Of a stretch of 64,000 nt of DNA, positions 9,458-17,766 are shown piece after piece. The stretch comes from Candidatus Woesearchaeota archaeon (lineage in GTDB: Archaea; Nanobdellota; Nanobdellia; Woesearchaeales; GW2011-AR4), in NCBI GenBank assembly GCA_016185945.1, contig JACPMR010000015.1, positions 7,256 to 71,255 on the forward strand, given 5' to 3'. Below the pieces are notes generated by a model. It saw only the letters and a list, made by a program, of their open reading frames with translations. It searched no databases and was not told where the DNA came from. How positions within the stretch are numbered: position 1 is the first letter of the stretch; every line of letters begins with the position of its first letter. The translations under genes were made by a program, and so were the position numbers.

Positions 9458-10087
9458 ATGGAGAGAATTATGGAGTTTAATATGGATTTCGGAACTATAG
9501 TCAAGGAAAGGTACGCAACAAAATTATTTGATGGAAAAAAGATACCTGAAGATAAAGTTAATGAGTTAATAGAAATAATAAGATATGCTCCTTCTTCTTT
9601 CAACATACAGCCGTGGAAGATAATTGCAGTAACCGATTCAAAAATTAAGGAAAAGCTTTCACCAGCATCATGGAACCAGCCGCAGATAACTTCCTGCTCT
9701 CGTCTGCTTGTTTTCTGTGCAAACAAGGATATTGCAGGCAACATAGACAAGCTTGAAGAATTGATGATTAAGGCAGGCGCAAAGCCAGAGGATATCAAGC
9801 CATATGTTGACATGATGCGGGGATTTGAAAAAAGCTTGAATGACGAGCAGAAATTAAGCTGGGCTCAAAGGCAAATGTTTCTTGCTTTGGGGAATGCTGT
9901 CAATGGAGCAAAATCACTTGGCTTTGACTCATGCCCGATGGAGGGCTTTAATCCAGAAGAATATGCAAAAATTCTTAAGCTACCAGATAATTTAGTTCCC
10001 ACTGCATTATGCCCGATTGGATATGCGGCAGACAAGCCAAAAACAAAATTTAGGTTTTCTGAGGAAGAGGTATTTGTCTATAAGTGA
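9458..10087 (+). CDS. nitroreductase-family protein
   Basis: Nitroreductase motifs ERYATKLFD, APSSFNIQPWKIIAV, C-terminal GYAADKP. Confidence 0.8.
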   Translation: MERIMEFNMDFGTIVKERYATKLFDGKKIPEDKVNELIEIIRYAPSSFNIQPWKIIAVTDSKIKEKLSPASWNQPQITSCSRLLVFCANKDIAGNIDKLEELMIKAGAKPEDIKPYVDMMRGFEKSLNDEQKLSWAQRQMFLALGNAVNGAKSLGFDSCPMEGFNPEEYAKILKLPDNLVPTALCPIGYAADKPKTKFRFSEEEVFVYK

Positions 10088-10103
10088 AAGAAGGGAATGT
10101 GAA

Positions 10104-10433
10104 ATGAAAAAAATAAAATTCATTGCCATAGAGCAGCTTTTGGAGATGATTGAGAACAAGGAAAACTTTAAGCTGGTGGAAGTCTTAAAAGAAGAAGGCT
10201 ATAAGGAAGGGCATATTCCTGGAGCTATTAACATCCCAGTTGACAACCTGAAAGAGATGGCTCCAAAGCAGCTTGAGAAAACAGACGCGATTGTTGTTTA
10301 CTGCGCAAGCTACCAGTGCCATGCAAGCACAAATGCTGCAAGGATTCTTCTTGACATGGGCTACAATAAAGTGCTTGACTTCAAGGCAAGCAAAAAGGGC
10401 TGGGTTGACGCGGGGTTTGAGCTGGAGAAATAA
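10104..10433 (+). CDS. rhodanese-domain sulfurtransferase
   Basis: Rhodanese active-site loop VVYCASYQCHASTNAARIL; start at MKKIKFIAIEQ (ATG 10104), not the overlapping upstream ORF-track Met. Confidence 0.8.
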   Translation: MKKIKFIAIEQLLEMIENKENFKLVEVLKEEGYKEGHIPGAINIPVDNLKEMAPKQLEKTDAIVVYCASYQCHASTNAARILLDMGYNKVLDFKASKKGWVDAGFELEK

Positions 10434-10435
10434 GT

Positions 10436-10530
10436 TAGATGCCCCTGCGGGGACTTTCATAAGAAAAGATTTTTCTTTTCTTACATTGAACCCCGACCTC
10501 AAGGTCCGCAACCTCACGTTCTGGTCCGTT
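10436..10530. other. GC-rich structured element of unknown identity downstream of the rhodanese gene
   Basis: GCCCCTGCGGGG hairpin, GAAAAGATTTTTCTTTTC hairpin, and a terminal CTACAGGGGC resembling the CTACAGGGAAGCC 3' module of the intergenic repeat family; tRNA-like segments but no complete cloverleaf found by hand. Confidence 0.3.
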
Positions 10531-10782
10531 ATACTACAGGGGCAATAAGAAAGTTGAGAAAAGCGATTTATAAAGTTTCTTAATAACAGAATTCAATTTA
10601 TAAAATAAATCAAAATTTAAAAAATTCAAACAAACTGGCTCCCTAGGAAATTTTATAAGTAGCATAGGGAACCCGCTGTGATTCATGCCTTTAAAGTAGA
10701 TATTCAGAGACAAATTTCCGCTTTTGAACAAATTGTCCATATAGAAAATAATTTTTACTACTAATATATAGTGACAAACCGA

Positions 10783-10818
10783 AAGATTTATAAAGGGTGG
10801 AAAATATAGATTTTCCAT
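10783..10818 (+). promoter_or_regulatory. archaeal TATA-box promoter for the GGDEF gene (likely leaderless transcript)
   Basis: TTTATAAAGG at 10787-10796, about 23-32 bp upstream of the ATG at 10819; no Shine-Dalgarno motif between. Confidence 0.4.
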
Positions 10819-11475
10819 ATGGACGGAGATAAATTAGAACCAAGAGTAAGACAACTTGAAGAATTGATAAGGACTGTAGAAGGGGTTAGTGAACAAAAAA
10901 AACAAGAAATGTTGGAATTAGTTCACCAAGTATCACTGCACGACCCACTTACAGAACTTCCTAATAGAACTCTGTTTGCTAGAAGATTTAACGAAGAGGC
11001 ACATAGAGCTGCAAGACATGGGCAGCCTTTAGCAGTTTTAGCACTTGATTTAGACTATTTAAAAAGATATAATGATATGTATGGACATCTACAAGGAGAT
11101 AGGGCGTTAATACACGTTGCATATTTGTTGACTCGACAGAGAAGACCTGAAGACATAGTAGCAAGAATTGGCGGAGAAGAATTTGATGTAGTGCTTCCTG
11201 AAACTGACGAAAGAGGTGCTGTCACAGTTGCTGAAGATATTTTAAGAAGATTTAGATCACATCCAATTAACGATTATGTTGGGCTTCCAGAAAGAGCAGA
11301 AGCAACATATTTCAAAAAAAGAACATTCCGCGATCTTACTATGAGCATTGGCGTAGCTACCTGCACGCCAAAAACTAATTCAGATGCTCTCCTATTACCA
11401 GCCGATGCTGATAAAGCGTTATACTCAGCAAAAGAAGCTGGAAGAGATAGGTATGTTGTTTATCGAAGTAGATAG
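10819..11475 (+). CDS. GGDEF-domain diguanylate cyclase (bacterial-type, intact I-site and A-site)
   Basis: Near-consensus GGDEF domain: DPLTELPNRTLF, LDLDYLKRYNDMYGH, I-site RPED, active site RIGGEEF, C-terminal SIGVA...ALYSAKEAGRDRYVVY; short N-terminal coiled coil; locally elevated GC. Confidence 0.85.
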   Translation: MDGDKLEPRVRQLEELIRTVEGVSEQKKQEMLELVHQVSLHDPLTELPNRTLFARRFNEEAHRAARHGQPLAVLALDLDYLKRYNDMYGHLQGDRALIHVAYLLTRQRRPEDIVARIGGEEFDVVLPETDERGAVTVAEDILRRFRSHPINDYVGLPERAEATYFKKRTFRDLTMSIGVATCTPKTNSDALLLPADADKALYSAKEAGRDRYVVYRSR

Positions 11476-11480
11476 TTCTC

Positions 11481-13037
11481 TCATTCCCCCCAATCCCTCA
11501 AGCTAATCTGCCCTTTTCTTTTGTTTTCAGGCACTTCTAATTGCTCCTGTCCAAGTTGTTTTTTGACGCTTAAGGCAACTTTCTCTCCCAGTAATTGAGA
11601 TAACGTTGCTAAGTCTGTGTTTTTGACATCCTTTATGTCCCTTATTCTGTTCCTGAACAAGATTCTTGCTCTTACCCTTCCTATGTTTTCCAATCTTATC
11701 AAAGGCAGCAATTCTTCTTTTATTCCATACTTCAATCTTAACCTTAACTTGATAATTTCCTTTATCAGTGATTGGTAATGCAATATCTTGCATATTTCCT
11801 CTGTTGCATAAAGAAGCCAGTCTGCAATGTCAAGCTTTGTTCTTAGTTCGCCTGGCCTTATGTTAAATTCCTCCAATAAGAATTCCTCATCCTGTTCACT
11901 AATCCACTGGTAAAACATCATGGCCGTCTTTACGGAGTTTAAAAACTCTTCATATTCCGGCTCGTACATTGACGGCTCGTTCTCAAGCAGGAAATCCGAG
12001 AATTCAAGCAAGGATTCCTGTATTCTGTCATATTCCCTAATGCCGACCCTGAGCAACGGCCTTATTTCAAGGGTATGGGAGAGCATCTGCAGGAAAGAAA
12101 AATCATTGATTTTTTTGTCAGACGCATTTCTCAGGCAGGTTATTATGAAATTTGCTGTCAACGGATCGATGTAAAGCTCGGCAACCCTCTTGCCGATTAA
12201 AGTAGCTTTGAATTTTTCATCTTCAAGCTCGTTTGCACTCGCAAAATCATCTGCAGACGACATTATTAACTCCCATTCCTCGAGCAAATCAATAACTTTG
12301 TTAAGTGTAGAATGCAATTTCCTTAAGTCCTTGAACTGATAAGCATAGAAAGTTTTGTCAAAAAAATCAAAAAGCTGCTTTTTTGTTGTTGTAAAGTTTG
12401 CTGCTATAAGAGATAAAACATAAGTTCTAAGCACTGGCTCGACTGCAAGCTTTGAGTAAATCTCTTCAGGAGTCCCGTCAATGTATTTTTCCTCTATCTT
12501 TTCCTTTTCCGAGTTTGTTGCTGCAATTGCAATTGCTTGCCCTTCTTTGTCATAGTTTGGACGTCCTGCTCTTCCTGACATCTGCATATAATCCAAAACA
12601 GGAATCCAAGTCAAGCCATGCAATGTGTATCTTCTCAAGTCTTTTAAAATAGATCTGTACGCCGGTAAATCTACACCGTACGCAAGAGTTGGCGTGGAAC
12701 ATATTATTTTTATTACTCCACTCCTGAAATTTTCCTCTATCAATCTTCTTTGCTTTTCTACCAAGCCAGCGTGATGGAATGCAATGCCCTTTTTCAGGCA
12801 TAAAGCAAGTCGTTCGCATTGCTTTGTAGGGCGGGAAAGGGTGTTCAAAGCACCCTCTGAAAGCAAGCTTAATTTTTCATCATCAGTTTTTATTTTCTTT
12901 GAAATTTCCTCTGCTGTCTTTTCTGCTGATTTTTTCGTGTTTGCAAAAACCAGTGCCTGCTTTCCAAGCTTTATAGTGTCTAAAGCGATATTTAGAACAG
13001 CACTATCAAATTCATCATCAATTTTGATTGATGCCAT
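11481..13037 (-). CDS. Hel308/Ski2-like helicase lacking the N-terminal RecA1 (Walker A/B) domain
   Basis: Helicase C-terminal motifs LVFANTKKSAEKTA, GIAFHHAGL, STPTLAYGVDLPA, QMSGRAGRP, followed by winged-helix/ratchet/HhH-like regions; ORF begins directly in RecA2; a repeat element lies immediately upstream. Confidence 0.6.
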   Translation of the reverse strand: MASIKIDDEFDSAVLNIALDTIKLGKQALVFANTKKSAEKTAEEISKKIKTDDEKLSLLSEGALNTLSRPTKQCERLALCLKKGIAFHHAGLVEKQRRLIEENFRSGVIKIICSTPTLAYGVDLPAYRSILKDLRRYTLHGLTWIPVLDYMQMSGRAGRPNYDKEGQAIAIAATNSEKEKIEEKYIDGTPEEIYSKLAVEPVLRTYVLSLIAANFTTTKKQLFDFFDKTFYAYQFKDLRKLHSTLNKVIDLLEEWELIMSSADDFASANELEDEKFKATLIGKRVAELYIDPLTANFIITCLRNASDKKINDFSFLQMLSHTLEIRPLLRVGIREYDRIQESLLEFSDFLLENEPSMYEPEYEEFLNSVKTAMMFYQWISEQDEEFLLEEFNIRPGELRTKLDIADWLLYATEEICKILHYQSLIKEIIKLRLRLKYGIKEELLPLIRLENIGRVRARILFRNRIRDIKDVKNTDLATLSQLLGEKVALSVKKQLGQEQLEVPENKRKGQISLRDWGE

Positions 13038-13119
13038 AAGGTAAAAGAAGAAATGATTGTTTATAAAGATTGTTGAATTAAATTTAAAATTCATTGACAA
13101 AAATAATAAAATAAATTAA

Positions 13120-13341
13120 CAATCAGCGACCCATGCACTTCCATGAAGTAAAATGGGTGCCCCGCATACTTCTTCCTGCACTATATTGCAGGCGATAAAG
13201 TGCAACTGCGTGGCATGTGAGCGAGTTCGCTGTTGCGTGCGAGAACGCTCGCACGCTCGCGTTCAGGTCGAGCTCACTCGCATGTCACTGGCTGTGGTTC
13301 CCTCATCGCAAAGGCGGCTACAGGGAAGCCCCGTGATTGAA
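13120..13341. repeat. GC-rich intergenic repeat element, copy B (long form with extra GC hairpins)
   Basis: CAATCAGCGACCCATG ... AAAATGGGTGCCCCGCATACTTC ... hairpins GCGTGCGAG-AACG-CTCGCACGC and GAGCTCACTCGC ... GGCTGTGGTTCCCTCATCGCAAAGGCGGCTACAGGGAAGCCCCGTGATTGAA; TIR CAATCA.. / ..TGATTG. Confidence 0.7.
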
Positions 13342-13406
13342 ATAAATAATTTAATCATTGTTTTTAGGAAGCCTCTTTGATTGAATTATAAATTTATTAA
13401 TGCTTT

Positions 13407-15296
13407 TTACACCACATTCACATTCATTATCTGCTCAACTTTTTCAATTCCGTCGCTTACTGTAACTTTAATAACTTTTGTGCCTTTGCTTGTGAATGTT
13501 CTTTGATGGCTGGAAGTTGCCTTATACTTTTCCAAAAGCCCAAAGTTCCATGTGTAAGTCAGTTCATCTCCATCGTCGTCAACTGCTTTCACAAATAAAA
13601 GAACAGGCTGATTTGCTCTTGCTATTACGCTTTTTGTCGAATCAATTATTTTAGGCGCCCTGTTTTTATCCGTTACCTCAACTTTTGCAATTTGCCTTGT
13701 CTCTGCCTTGCCATCGCTTGCAACAAAAATCAAGTCAAGCTTCTTTGTTTCCTTTTTATTTGCTATATCAAAACTTGGTGTCCACAAGAATGCATTTCCT
13801 TTAATTGAATAGTCCTCTGGAGCATTATCAATCCTGAATGTCATTTCATCCCCGTCTGGGTCGTGGGCATTTAGAAGTATTGCAATATTGTCGCCTTCCA
13901 TTGCTTTTACACTCTCAATCTTGCCGAACAATGGCGCCCTGTTTGTTTGCTGTATGTTAATCTGCACAAACTTTGATGTTTCAAGCAAGCCGTCGCTTGC
14001 AGTTACTTTTACATAATAAATTCCTGCATCATCATAGCCTGAATTGAAAGTGTCAGAATCCATAAAGCCGGAGTATCTTAAAGTTATCTTATTTTCATCC
14101 AAGTCATATGCTTTTGGCACAATTTTTAATGTTTCGCCCTCATTTATTGCTATGGGCTCCATGTCTTCAATTAGGGGGGCTCTATTTACATCCTTGACTG
14201 TGATTATTATATTTTGAATAATTTTCTTGTCTTTTGAAGATGCAATAAACTGAACATAGAAGCTCTTGCTCAAAACCCTGAACTTGTCCATAACTTTATC
14301 TACGAAGCCCTCTTTCCTTACTGTGTCAAAATTTGTTTTCCATGCGAATACATTGCCTTCAAGCATTGCGCCTTCTGGCAGATTGTTTGCAGAATAAGTT
14401 ATTTCATCTCCGTCAGGCTCATTTGCACTTAGTGTTATTTTTACTTCCTCATTCTCATTTATTACTTTGTTCTCAACTTTCTCAAAAAAAGGCGCTCTGT
14501 CAACATCATTTACGATCACCTTAACAATTTTGTCGCCGCTGAAGCCTTTGCCTTCTGCATGAACTTTGAATTCATAAGCGCCTGCATCCTGATAAGCAGT
14601 CTTCCACTCATTCTTGCTTAGCGGCTCTGAAATGGAGTAAGCCAAGCCGTATTTTTCAAAATTGGGTAGCTTTAACTTAACAACCTCATTTTCATTAACA
14701 GCAACATCGCTTATGCCATTTAACAAACCTTCAACATCAACATTCTGTGCATTAACTTGCCATTCCTTGCTTGCTGAACTTATTACATCAGAAACAGAAG
14801 CGGTTATTCTATGAGAGCCAGCGTCGTTATAGGTTGTGTCATAAGTGAATTCCTGCCCATCCGCGACTTTTTTGTCGTCCAAAAACCACTCGTAGCTTAA
14901 AGCATCTTTGTTTAAATCACTTGCTGAAACTTTAAATTCAATAGAATCGGTTTCCTTAATGCTTAAAGTATCCTGCCTTGGGCTGAACGAATCTATCTTT
15001 GGGCTTTCTTCTTTCTTGTTGACAACAATCAGCACTTCCTGCGATGTCTCTGTAACGCCGTCAGAAACAGTTATTGTGGTTTTATGCTCGCCTGCATCTC
15101 CGTAACCAGTTTGCCATTCGCCGTTTTCATTGAGAGGAGGAGCGTAAGTTATCGTAAGCTTGTCCGCATCAGGGTCTGCTGCATTCGGCACTAGGCTTAT
15201 CTTTTCAGTTTCCTGGATTACAAAAGTAGTGGCTGAATACACAAGATGGGGGAATATTAAAAAGATGATTAGCAATAATACAATCCTTTTATTCAT
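13407..15296 (-). CDS. secreted surface protein with tandem cadherin-like/Ig-like Ca-binding repeats
   Basis: 629 aa; N-terminal signal peptide; repeated ~95-aa units with NRAPLF/NRAPKI starts and DPDGDE/DDDGDELTYTW motifs. Confidence 0.6.
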   Translation of the reverse strand: MNKRIVLLLIIFLIFPHLVYSATTFVIQETEKISLVPNAADPDADKLTITYAPPLNENGEWQTGYGDAGEHKTTITVSDGVTETSQEVLIVVNKKEESPKIDSFSPRQDTLSIKETDSIEFKVSASDLNKDALSYEWFLDDKKVADGQEFTYDTTYNDAGSHRITASVSDVISSASKEWQVNAQNVDVEGLLNGISDVAVNENEVVKLKLPNFEKYGLAYSISEPLSKNEWKTAYQDAGAYEFKVHAEGKGFSGDKIVKVIVNDVDRAPFFEKVENKVINENEEVKITLSANEPDGDEITYSANNLPEGAMLEGNVFAWKTNFDTVRKEGFVDKVMDKFRVLSKSFYVQFIASSKDKKIIQNIIITVKDVNRAPLIEDMEPIAINEGETLKIVPKAYDLDENKITLRYSGFMDSDTFNSGYDDAGIYYVKVTASDGLLETSKFVQINIQQTNRAPLFGKIESVKAMEGDNIAILLNAHDPDGDEMTFRIDNAPEDYSIKGNAFLWTPSFDIANKKETKKLDLIFVASDGKAETRQIAKVEVTDKNRAPKIIDSTKSVIARANQPVLLFVKAVDDDGDELTYTWNFGLLEKYKATSSHQRTFTSKGTKVIKVTVSDGIEKVEQIMNVNVV

Positions 15297-15328
15297 TTAT
15301 TCCCCCCCTCGAAATGAAAAGAAAAAAT

Positions 15329-16363
15329 TTATTTTTTCTGCACTATGTCTGTTATAACAGGCGGCCTGTTGACATTCTCAACAGTTATTGCCAATTTCTG
15401 CTCTGTTGTGTCCTGCCCGTCAGATGCCGTTATAGTAACTTCATAAGTGCCTGCACTTGCATAATCTGTCTGCCATGTGAACGCATTGTCTTCCTGCGCA
15501 AACCTGTTGTCGCTGATTGAGTATGCTATTGAATCCCTATCATCATCTGTTGCCAATGCTGTTATGACAATCTTGTCTGTCTCTTTTGCGGATATGTCTT
15601 CTAATTTCTCCAAAACCGGCTGCCTGTTCACATTTTTGATATCCACCGACCATATCTTGCTTGTGCTTGACAAGCCATCAGACACTTCCACCTTGATTGT
15701 ATGTGTGCCTGCATCCTCGTAAGTTGATTGGTAGGTATATTTGTCTTCATTGCCTACGTCAGTGCCGTCAAACTTCCAGGCATATGACAAAGAATCTTTA
15801 TTTAAATCGCTTGCTGTGACGGTAAATTCAATTGCTTGGGTTTCATCAATTGCCAAGCCGCTTTCGATTGGCTTTGCGCTGTCGATTGTTGGCGCCTCTT
15901 CTTTTTTGTTTACAATTATCAAAACATCTCTTGCAGTTGTTGATTCCCCATCTGATACCGTAACTGTGACTGTGTATTCGTCTGCATCTCCATAGTTTGT
16001 TTGCCATTCGCCGTTTTCGCTTAATGGCGATGTAAATGTGAAAACAAGGCTTGTGTCTCTGTCAGGGTCTTCTGCTCTTGGTGATAAGCTTACCAAATCA
16101 GTTTCCTGAACAACCACAACAACTGGCTTTTCCCCTGTTGGTTTTTCCATTATTTCTTCTTTAACCTCGACTTTGGGCTCTTCTTCCTTGGTTGCTTCGC
16201 CAGTCACTTCGGGCTTTTCTTTTGTAACATTTTCCATACTTACATTTTCAGCTGGCTTTGTAGCATTAGGAGCACCATACAAAGTTTGATATACTTCACA
16301 ACTGCTTAACAAGAATACAGAAACAATTAGCAATGCCACCAATTTTTTATTAAAGTCCATCAT
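15329..16363 (-). CDS. lipoprotein-like surface protein with cadherin-like/Ig-like repeats (paralog of adjacent gene)
   Basis: 344 aa; signal peptide with LLSSC lipobox-like motif; Glu/Lys/Pro-rich linker then repeats homologous to 13407..15296 (NRQPVL, NRPPVI, VSDG motifs). Confidence 0.6.
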   Translation of the reverse strand: MMDFNKKLVALLIVSVFLLSSCEVYQTLYGAPNATKPAENVSMENVTKEKPEVTGEATKEEEPKVEVKEEIMEKPTGEKPVVVVVQETDLVSLSPRAEDPDRDTSLVFTFTSPLSENGEWQTNYGDADEYTVTVTVSDGESTTARDVLIIVNKKEEAPTIDSAKPIESGLAIDETQAIEFTVTASDLNKDSLSYAWKFDGTDVGNEDKYTYQSTYEDAGTHTIKVEVSDGLSSTSKIWSVDIKNVNRQPVLEKLEDISAKETDKIVITALATDDDRDSIAYSISDNRFAQEDNAFTWQTDYASAGTYEVTITASDGQDTTEQKLAITVENVNRPPVITDIVQKK

Positions 16364-16519
16364 GCACCCTCCTTTATTCTGAAAATAAGTGTTGCTATTC
16401 TAAAATAATAACTTGTATTTAAACTTTGTGGTAGTTAAAAGATTTTTAAATAACCTATAAAAATAACATTCAATAAATTGCAAAGGATTCATTCTAAATA
16501 AATTTGTATTGAAAAGAAA

Positions 16520-16594
16520 TGGGCTCGGCGGGACTTGAACCTGCGACCTCTGCCTTATCAGAGCAGCGCTCTAACCAAGCTGAGCTACGAGCCC
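16520..16594 (-). tRNA. tRNA-Ile (anticodon GAU)
   Basis: Minus-strand cloverleaf GGGCUCG-UA-GCUC-AGCUUGGUUA-GAGC-G-CUGCU-CUGAUAA-GGCAG-AGGUC-GCAGG-UUCAAGU-CCCGC-CGAGCCC-A; 7-bp acceptor; one A-C mismatch in the T-stem. Confidence 0.8.
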
Positions 16595-16649
16595 AACAAA
16601 TAATGGAATAATATTTAATTTATAAAGTTTATTAGAAGGAAAAATATAG

Positions 16650-16800
16650 CGCCCTTGACCAGACTTGAACTGGTGACCTTCCATTCCTTTACTAGGATTT
16701 ACGGTGTCTAACCCTGTAGGATAACAGCTTCGTAGTTTCTACCAGAACTCGTACGCTCCACCTATTGCTCCATGCCTTTGCATGTCTGAGCTACAAGGGC
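16650..16800 (-). tRNA. intron-containing tRNA (151 nt; at least two non-canonical introns; isotype unresolved, possibly Arg-UCU)
   Basis: Perfect 7-bp acceptor GCCCUUG/CAAGGGC, canonical U8-A9-GCUC-AG start of the D-arm, T-arm ACCAG-UUCAAGU-CUGGU; about 75 extra nt between D-arm and T-arm including a CAUGCAAAGGCAUG hairpin inside the D-loop. Confidence 0.55.
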
Positions 16801-17570
16801 GTCAAAAATTTTTTAAGTTCTGGTAGATTAGAAACAATTGAACCTTCAAATTCTTTATAAAACTTTCTAGTTAATGATGGGATAAAAAATACAACTTTAT
16901 AACCAAGTTTATTATAGTCTTTGAGTTTCTTCTTTATATGACTAATTCTATCTTTATTGGGATGCTTCCATTCTGTTACTTCAATAATTTTATCATCAAT
17001 TTTAAAGTCAGGAAAATAAACTTTTCCATCTACATTAATATAAGGCTCATACTCAAAACCTATGCTTTCTTGAATTAAAAAATTCCCTATTTTCTGTTCT
17101 AATAAATTTCTTACAGGAATTTCATTATCTAGGCAATATAGATAGCCCCTACCAACTTTCTTGAATCTTTCGTACTGCCAAATATGATATTGTTTTGGAA
17201 GATTTTTTTTCATATATTTATGCCATTTCTTCATTCGCTTGGAACTTATTTTTCTTAGTCTCTCAATCTCGTACTGTAATGTTCCTTCTCGTATCTTCTT
17301 AAGCACGCAGTTTTTTCCACCTTTGATTTGACCCCAATTTTTAGGGAGGTGTTCTAAAATTTCATTTTTGTATTTGGACAAATCTTCATCAATAAATTTC
17401 AGTATTTTTTCTAGTCTATCCGTTCTTACGCATGTCAATTCGAATTTATACTTATAAACCGAACCTTTTGACAGGGTCAATATTTTGCACAATTTCCTTT
17501 CAGAACCAGCTTTGGTTATTGCTCTGCAAATTATTTCTTTTTGCACTCCTTTTTTAAATTTTAAAACCAT
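16791..17570 (-). CDS. HTH plus DUF559/Vsr-like endonuclease-domain protein
   Basis: 259 aa; C-terminal YFPDFKIDDKIIEVTEWKH ... GYKVVFF resembles the DUF559 endonuclease-like pattern (PDF..IIEVdG..H ... GW-V-RF); 3' end overlaps the 5' end of the intron-containing tRNA by about 10 nt. Confidence 0.4.
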   Translation of the reverse strand: MVLKFKKGVQKEIICRAITKAGSERKLCKILTLSKGSVYKYKFELTCVRTDRLEKILKFIDEDLSKYKNEILEHLPKNWGQIKGGKNCVLKKIREGTLQYEIERLRKISSKRMKKWHKYMKKNLPKQYHIWQYERFKKVGRGYLYCLDNEIPVRNLLEQKIGNFLIQESIGFEYEPYINVDGKVYFPDFKIDDKIIEVTEWKHPNKDRISHIKKKLKDYNKLGYKVVFFIPSLTRKFYKEFEGSIVSNLPELKKFLTPL

Positions 17571-17728
17571 AACATTGGTGGTGTTAACTTATATTTAAGC
17601 ATTACTAAGCTATAGGGGCATGAAGTTTTGAGATAAAAGAATCGTTTAAATAGGTTTCGTTAAAGTAAAATTGTGATTTCTCAGAAACAAATTCAACCCG
17701 TTGCCTTCGGCAACAATATTTACTGCTC

Positions 17729-17758
17729 GGTGTCGCTTGTCTGCCATTCAGCGACACC
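17729..17758 (-). terminator. GC hairpin immediately downstream of the FKBP gene
   Basis: GGTGTCGC-ttgtctgccattca-GCGACACC, 8-bp perfect stem, 8 nt after the stop at 17767; a second hairpin GTTGCC-TTCG-GGCAAC at 17700-17715; no clear U-tract. Confidence 0.3.
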
Positions 17759-17766
17759 TCGCCTGT

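Noticed and set aside
10534-10818. ORF-track entry 10534..10818 (-) of 94 aa
   Set aside because: It lies in an AT-rich intergenic/promoter region upstream of the GGDEF gene; the translation is low-complexity Phe/Leu/Asn/Lys-rich, typical of spurious ORFs in AT-rich DNA.
17690-17760. Whether the GC hairpins after the FKBP gene belong to the intergenic repeat family
   Set aside because: They share only the short GCCTTCGGCAA tetraloop hairpin with copies H and J and lack the TIR and core modules. They are better explained as terminator or stability hairpins, so they are kept as a low-confidence terminator feature.
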